Assembly: GCA_964016885.1 (NCBI GenBank) | Contig: OZ024741.1 | Span: forward strand, 7,130,001 to 7,194,000 | Direction: 5' to 3' | Length of the DNA stretch: 64,000 bases | Source of the DNA: Eledone cirrhosa | Lineage: Eukaryota | Notes under the pieces: model-generated | What the model was told of the DNA's origin: nothing | The model's input: only the letters and a program-made list of their open reading frames with translations | Database searches by the model: none | Shown: positions 55,707-64,000 of the stretch, piece after piece | How positions within the stretch are numbered: the stretch's first letter is position 1 | How the letters are laid out: each line of letters starts with the position of its first letter | Made by a program: the position numbers and the translations under genes

Positions 55707-55777
55707 TATTTTATCTGATGAAAATACAAATGTTATTGCATGATGATATTTGTTTTTGAAATGCGCATAATAAAATA
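55707..55777 (+). ncRNA. Minimal type I hammerhead ribozyme motif
   Basis: Stem I UAUUUUAU/AUAAAAUA, CUGAUGA (55715-21), stem II ACAAAU/AUUUGU, GAAA (55758-61), palindromic stem III AUGCGCAU, predicted cleavage after UA (55769). Confidence 0.85.
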
Positions 55778-55879
55778 CATGGAACTCATTTAACCATCTT
55801 TTGATCTTATATATTATGTATATATATATATATATATATAGAGATTACAGTAATCAAAGTTCAGTTTAAGTCATTTATT

Positions 55880-55926
55880 TGCTTACAATTGTTTCCTCCA
55901 AACCGAGGTTTGGATTCTTCGGAGCA
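55880..55926 (-). ncRNA. Minimal type I hammerhead-like motif (core variant CCGAAGA)
   Basis: UGCU-CCGAAGA-AUCCAAACCUCGGUUUGGAG-GAAA-CAAUUG-UA|AGCA; palindromic stem III ACAAUUGU; followed by AAUAAA. Confidence 0.7.
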
Positions 55927-57379
55927 GCTATTTATAACATACTTGACCTCCCCTTCAACCCAAGAGACACATAAAACATATGCGCATATTGATCAACAGT
56001 GGGGTGACATTCGTCAAATGAAATAGCATGGCAATTTACATATAAAGTGTTACATGATAAAAATAAAATAAAATAAAAGCAAGAGTGAAAATAAGAGTGA
56101 AAATAAAGATAAACATGAAGCGTTGGCAGTCTATGAAGATAAAGCAAGAGGAAAGCTTAGAGTAGACAGTGCATGAAGCAATCTCCCGTGTAGCATGCAC
56201 GCTTGTCTTATCTATACATGATTAGAGTGCGTCAGAATGATATTTGCAGGGTCAGGCAGTTGAAGCAGGCAGTCGATCTTATTATATAGGCTGAATTATT
56301 AAGTCATTTATTCTCATACATCTGTATGATATACAGTCTCGGATGCGGGGAAACACCAAAATGTCAAAAACCTTCAACATACTATAAACCTTATTGTATC
56401 GTAGGCAAGGTCGTACCACTGTCCTTGCTCACACCACCACTCACATAATCCATGAGACGCAATATATATATAGAGAACACGCGTCTATCGTATAATTCGC
56501 AGTGGTTCAGCATATAGTCAAGCTATAAACTGTATCCAGTCAGTTCTTAATTAATATATCATGCTGTCCAAATTCCGGAAGTGCCTGAATGATTAAGGGG
56601 AATTAATGCGTAAGGGGAGGTAACTAGCTAGTTATTTTAGTTACATTACTATGCTAAACTACATTAATGGTGATTCAAATACGTGCCTATCATGTGAAGT
56701 TATAACTAATATCTAGAGTATGGTACCCATTTATAGGTTAGAGAGTTGTTCATTAAGAAGTACAAGGGTGTATATATTAGGATGATTACCATCCATTAAT
56801 TAAGGGGTGTCATATCTGGACGTTCTATAAGAGGAGTCAGACTCTCAAGTCACTGCTCCATGCAAATGTAATATAACAGTAGGACCTGGTATGGTCCCAC
56901 TATTATATATGCCACCCGGTAGGCTCCGGGTCATTGCTTGCCTGCATCTCCAGTAAATCTTCGGTATGGTCCGGAGATCCGATCTCTCATATAAATGCAC
57001 TAGTCTGGCCATCAGGTAATAGACAACCCCCGTCTCAAATATAAATCAATTACGTATCACATCTCCAAGCTAGAGTGGAGTCTATTAATAGGTATTAAAG
57101 GAGTCCACATCAAGATGATTACGTGCATAATTCAATGAACTGATCGCTTACAGTATATAATCACTTAACAATACGATTATCTATCTAATCATCAATCTAT
57201 CTCTTGGTGGTAATCTATGCACAGGACTATGCTATCACAACCAGTACCGTGTCCCCAGTTTATACTAATCTTATATTTGTGCAATGCAGAATAAGTAGTC
57301 CACGGTCGGGACATCAGTATTAGAGGTACAAGGGGGTATTCCCAGGGTAGGTGGCACTCAAATGCTGTCAGTATTATCT

Positions 57380-57651
<272 letters not shown>

Positions 57652-57862
57652 CGTTTCTGAATTTGTTTAGCAAGATTCTTTATCTGAAATCGTGTGTTGA
57701 AACCGATATTGTTATACTTTGGGAGGGTCATGTTGCCAATAAGAAACACACGCACCAGTTGCTTTCACTTCAATTTATTATAATAAATTTATAATAAATT
57801 TATAAATTTATAAATTTCTGGTTGGTTGGTTGGTTCCACAATCAGATAGTTGTTTATATATT

Positions 57863-57905
57863 GTCATAGTTCTTTCGTCAGACACTCTGTGACCTCTTCA
57901 GTGAC
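57863..57905 (-). ncRNA. Minimal type I hammerhead ribozyme motif (Penelope 3' region)
   Basis: GUCA-CUGAAGA-G-GUCACAGAGUGUCUGAC-GAAA-GAAC-UA|UGAC. Confidence 0.7.
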
Positions 57906-58104
57906 TGGGGATTCCTTTCTTTGTTTCTGTACCTCTCCTTTGTTCTGTCCTACGCCATTTTGTTTCTGTATGTGTGTTGTGTGCTCAGTCTGCGCATGCG
58001 CCACATCCGGGTGTCTGTGTGTGTTTATGTTCATTTATTTATTTGTCTATTTACATGTTACTGGTTGGTTGTTTGTTCTGTGTGTGTGTGTTTTCATTTT
58101 GTCC

Positions 58105-61097
58105 TTAATTGTAAGTTGTGATGTTGCTGTTCCACTCATATTTTCTATTTAATTTTGGTTGTAATTCTTTTATGTTTATTGCCTCTGTAATTTGTCTAAA
58201 CATTGCGTCTTTTCTGTGTGTAGATTCTATTTTTATTTCTATGTTCTCTAATTTACCCTTGTGTTCTATTTTAGCATGTTGGTAGAGTACAGATGATTCT
58301 TTACTATCTTGAAGGTCTCGCCAGTGTTCATTTATCCGTTCTCCTACACTACGAGCTGTCTCACCTATGTACACTATATTTTTGTCTCTACATTGTCCTT
58401 CAGTACATCTTATGCTATACACTACATTTCTAGTTTTGCAGTTAATATGGGGGCTTATTTTACAGGTTATACATTTCTTATCTATACATGAGTGTCTTTG
58501 AATAGGGTATGCCTTGCTAATAAGTGTTTTTACGGGGGTACCTGGTCTTTCTACTATCTTAATATTGAGTTTATGTTTGTTTAGGGCCCTTCTAAATTTG
58601 TAAGCTAATTCCCCTCTAGGGGTTGTATCGATGAATATTACACTCTGGTATTTATTGCTATCATACCATGAGTTTATTCTATTAGCCTTGTTCCTAGTTC
58701 TTTCTATTCTATTCCAAAATTTGCTCCTATACAAGGGGCAGGTCCCATTTATGTCATTATTTACCATTTTTTCCCATTTGGTTCTGGCTCCTCTATGCAC
58801 TCTGATTTTATCTCTCTGATTGTAGCCAGAGAACTGCATACGGTGGATGAAGTGTTGTATGCGTCTCTCTAGCTCTTCGGGGTTGCACATGCGGGACACG
58901 TTTCTCATCACCCGTACCAAATCCGCAATCAGTATGTTGATTTTGGTATGGTCCGAAACGGCCAAGTTTCGGTGGATCAGATGTTTGGAAGTCATGGGTT
59001 TGGCATAATGGGAATGGAGGATTTGTTTTTTATTATTAATGGTATCTAACCAGAGCTCTGTGTCTAGTACAGGTAATCGATGGTTGGGGTGTTTACTTGG
59101 GTAGTCTATAGTAACTCTAATGCTCTGGTGGATGGAGTTAGCTATTTGCTAGATGCTTTCCATTGTGTTTTTCTCTAGTTCCTGACTGTTCTCTAGTGGG
59201 GGTGTCTTAACTACGATGTTTATATCATCAACGTAGCGGGAGTACATTATCAGGGTTAAGGGGTCTTCTAATTGTTCTTTGAGTTTAAGTTTAAGTCTAC
59301 TGTCCCACCATACCATGAATAAGTTAGCTATGTCGCCTGCAATGCTAACACCAATGGCTGCTCCTTCCTCTTGGGCATATGTTTTTCCATTAAATTTGAA
59401 CATATGTTCCTTAAGGGTTAGTTTTATGCTGGCCTCTACCGCATGTGCAATCATTTTCTTCAGTTCATCGTGGTTTTCGGGTGTCCGTATGGCTCTGGTC
59501 CACCCGTTCCATCTATCTGTGTGGGTTTTCTTGGCCATTGAGGTAAGGGTAGGTGGTCTGCCTCTTGCTGGTCTTGTAGGGCACAGGTTGCTAAGGTCAT
59601 ATGTGTCTAGGTAATTATTACTATAGGTAAGTTTAAGTAGGAGTCCCAGCTCACTGGTATCAATCCCACGGAACTCAACATTGCTCTCACTGATCATTTC
59701 TAAGCATTTCTCCACAGCAAAATCCACGTCAATAGATGGATACAGGGACACAACATCCATACTACCTATTATGCAGTTTGTTAGGTCCCTAGATCGGTTA
59801 CTCACGCCGATTCTGCTGAGGAGGTCCTCCGTGCTGTCACATACATCTGGGGACATTTCAATGATGGGGCGTATGATCAGGGAGAGGAAATAGGACAGTC
59901 TGTAGTTACTAGCAATGTTAGCTCCACAGACTGGCCGTGTTGGTGGTCCCGCGACAGGGTTACTGCCCGTTTTATGGTCTTTTCGAAGCCCATACAACGC
60001 TGGCACGTCATTGTTCCAGGCCTGGAAGTTGTTGGCAGTCCTTTTGTTGGGCTGCATTATATTCGTCCACATCACCATATGGGCATTGAGGGCTTTTTCT
60101 CTATCCTCATGCTCCTGTGGTGTTACCTCTCTTGTGTTAGTGATGTGGGGTTGCATTGCCTGGATGTAGTTTGGCAGGCTGTCAACCGACATTCTGCCAG
60201 ACTTGTCTGTTGGAAAGCATGCTATCTCTCCATTACGCGAGCGCTGCATGAGCTTACGCAAGCCATTTGCAGATTTTTCTCCCAGTTGCTGGGCTTCCAT
60301 TCTATTATGCTTCTTGCTATACTGTTCTATAATATTTTTAAGTTCGGATCTAGCTATACTAAATTGTGCTTCTGTTTGTTCATCGACCTGCGACGGCAAT
60401 TGCGTGCGTTTGTTAAATGGTAAAGTCGTGGCGTGGACTCGTCGCAGGTCGAACGATTTATCGGAGGGATTATAAAAAGTAGAGTTCCAGGCTGCTGCTT
60501 TATGTGTACTAGTGCTATTGTTATTGTTAGTTGTGTTGTTTCTATTTCTATTTCCACCAACAGCCTCATGGTTGTTTCTATGTCTCTCATAATTACTCCT
60601 GTCTCTTTCCACTGGCTCATTGTTGTTATCTACCCTATTTTGTGTGTCTGTGTGTTCGTCTTGGTTATTTTCTTTGTCTTTAGTCTCCCTCCTCCTTTTA
60701 ATCCTATTACTTTCCCTTATTTCTGTGATTTCTGTGCTACTGTCATTACTTGTTTTCTGTGTCTGTGTGTTTCTTAAGACTGTGGTGGTGGTGAGAGGCA
60801 TTGAATGTGTGTTGTTGTTGTTGATGTGTGTTGTTGTTGATGTGTGTTGTTGTTGATGTGTGTTGTTGTTGTCTCCGTGTGTGTTATTATTGTTGTGTGT
60901 GTTGGTATTGTTGTTTGTGTCTGCGTGTCTGTTGTTGTTGTTTCTGGGTATGTTATTATTGTTGTTGTTGTTGGTGTGTGTGTTGTTGTTATTGTTGTTT
61001 GTGTCTGTGTGTCTGTTGTTGTTGGGATGTGTGTTGTATATGTGTGTGCGTATATTGTTGCTTTTGTTTTTGTTTTTGTTTTTGAGGCTCCAGCGTA
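58105..61097 (-). pseudogene. Penelope-like reverse transcriptase + GIY-YIG endonuclease, single frame broken by one TAG (59149-59151), 5'-truncated
   Basis: Motifs TDKSG, LYGLRKDHK..RPVC, GSMDVVSLYPSI, QEEGAAIG and RYVDD. After the stop, QIANSIH..VTIDYPSKH..LPVLDTELW..HYAKPM continues in frame into CITC..CKTRNVVY.I.C....C..YIGETARS..ER..EH. Confidence 0.93.
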
Positions 61098-62275
<1,178 letters not shown>

Positions 62276-63996
62276 CAAGAAATGGCAACCATCAACCACA
62301 TAGACATAACGGAGGAGGATGTGGTGTACGCCATTGATGAAATTAGAACAGACACGGCTGCTAGTCCTGATGGATTCCCAGCAGTTCTCTTAAAAATATG
62401 TAAGCGGGCCTTAGCAACTCCACTGAAGATGCTCTTCAGAAGCTCCTTGGCTAACGGTGTACTACACAGGGAGCTGAAAGAAGGCACAATATGCCCTATC
62501 CATAAAGGAGGTAGTAGAGCGGAGGCCAAGAACTATAGGCCAGTCTCCCTGACGTCGCATATCAGTAAGGTCATGGAGCGTGTCGTCAGAAAGAAACTAA
62601 TCACTTTCCTCGAAGAAAATGACCGCCTGACTTGCACGCAACATGGCTTCCGCCCAGGAAGAAGCTGCCTTACACAGCTGCTACATCGCTATGACTGGGT
62701 ACTGAGACAACTACTAGACAGCTCACATGTGGACTTGATATATCTTGACTTTGCGAAGGCCTTTGACAAGGTCGACCACGGAATGATATCTCACAAACTA
62801 CACGGACTCGGCATAACTGGAAAAGTAGGTGAGTGGCTGCATGGCTTCCTAAGGGACAGAAGCCAGGCAGTCGCAGCAAATGGGGCCCTCTCGAGGGAAA
62901 CACCGATAACAAGTGGAGTGCCCCAGGGGACAGTCCTGGGACCACTACTGTTTTTGGTGGCTCTCTCGGACATGCCCTCTGTGGTGCATGCAACAACATC
63001 CCTCACTAGCTATGCTGATGACACTAAGGTAGCACAGGCAATCAAAAACCCGGCTGACGCTGCCCTTTTACAGCAGGATCTGGATGCCATATACAGATGG
63101 GCAGAAGAAAACAACATGCAGTTTAATGCTGGCAAATTCCAAGCCCTACAATACAAACCTGCAAACACAAATATAGTGGAACACAGCTACACAGGACCAG
63201 GAGGGACCGATATCCCCGTGTAAAAATCGATACGAGACCTGGGCATAGACATAAGCGATGATGCATCTTTTTCTTCAGACATTATGAAAGTGGCGACAAC
63301 ATGCAGACGGCTCGCTGGCTGGATCTTGAGGACTTTCCGGACAAGAGATCGAGACACCATGTTGACACTATGGAGGACTTTTGTCCTAGCCTCCTGGACT
63401 ACTGCTCCCAGTTGTGGTCACCCCATAGTGTCAAATTAACCACGGAGCTTGAGGCAATCCAGCGAAGCTACAAAAAGAGGATTGCCAAGATGAGGGAGAC
63501 AAGCTACTGGGAGAGGCTGAAGGAACTGAACCTCTACTCCTTGGAGCGAAGACGGGAGAGATACGCAGTGATCTACATGTGGAAAATCCTGGAGGGACTA
63601 GCACCAAACTTTGGCATTGGGAGCTGGACCAACCGTCGAACAGGACGTCACTGTGTGGTGCCAAAGGTCCCGTCTTCCACATCTAGAATAAGGAGCAGGT
63701 ATTGCAATAGCCTGGGATTCAAGGGCCCTCAACTCTTCAACAGGCTGCCGATGGATCTGAGAGACTTGCATGACGTGGAGATGGATGTCTTTAAGAAACA
63801 TCTCGACACCTTGTTATCCAGGATCCCGGATGAGCCCACAGCAAGACATGAGGGAAACCTAAGGACAGCAGCAACAAACTCCCTCTTACACCAGTGGCCA
63901 ACCTATACAGGCTGGAGATAAAATGTGTAGCAACAAGGGCGGTGCCCCAGCATGGCCTCAGCCGGATGGCTGAAACAGGTAAAAGAGTAAAAGAAT
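62276..63996 (+). mobile_element. 5'-truncated CR1-group LINE (RT to 3' end), disabled
   Basis: Motifs [72 protein letters not shown] and YSLERRR. Stop at 63221-23, frameshift near 63388, terminal TAA at 63919-21 and a short (GTAAAAGA)n tail. Confidence 0.93.
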
Positions 63997-64000
63997 ATAT

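Larger units (their letters stand above)
54393..55818 (+). mobile_element. 5'-truncated Penelope-like element (EN end + AT-rich 3' region + hammerhead)
   Basis: GIY-YIG fragment, long pyrimidine/AT-rich 3' region, hammerhead and AATAAA, bounded by (TA)n on both sides. Linkage of the 3' region to the ORF is inferred because a short (TA)n intervenes at about 54828-54864. Confidence 0.7.

Noticed and set aside
57290-57335. Additional hammerhead (minus-strand CUGAUG)
   Set aside because: Reads CUGAUGU and lacks a following GAAA and stem III.
59149-59151. Selenocysteine recoding in the Penelope ORF
   Set aside because: The in-frame stop is TAG, not TGA, and is not at an evident Cys position; a point mutation is simpler.

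Overview
Repeat-dominated eukaryotic (animal) DNA with no recognisable host gene; the SINE and LINE families and long (TA)n tracts suggest a cephalopod such as Octopus (inference). Bases 1-49130 are a head-to-tail 37-bp satellite (consensus TTAGGTGGAGGGTATAAAYAGGTTTAAACTAGGAATG, about 1,250 monomers). It carries nine near-identical copies of one tRNA-derived SINE, all at the same monomer position with the same 11-bp target duplication. This points to one insertion multiplied with the array, and it marks higher-order repeats of about 2.35 kb and 3.24 kb. The array ends abruptly in a 30-bp minisatellite that truncates a decayed Tc1/mariner transposase. The last 14 kb is a nest of retroelements inserted in (TA)n. 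It holds two RTE LINE 3' fragments (one with a PHD-type zinc finger) and a CR1-type LINE. It also holds a nearly intact Penelope-like element (RT + GIY-YIG, one amber stop) with about 740-bp inverted ends, and a second Penelope GIY-YIG fragment. Five minimal type I hammerhead ribozyme motifs from four distinct sequence families lie within about 10.4 kb. One sits in a non-coding unit of about 430 bp bounded by 14-bp direct repeats. All calls are by eye; no searches were run.
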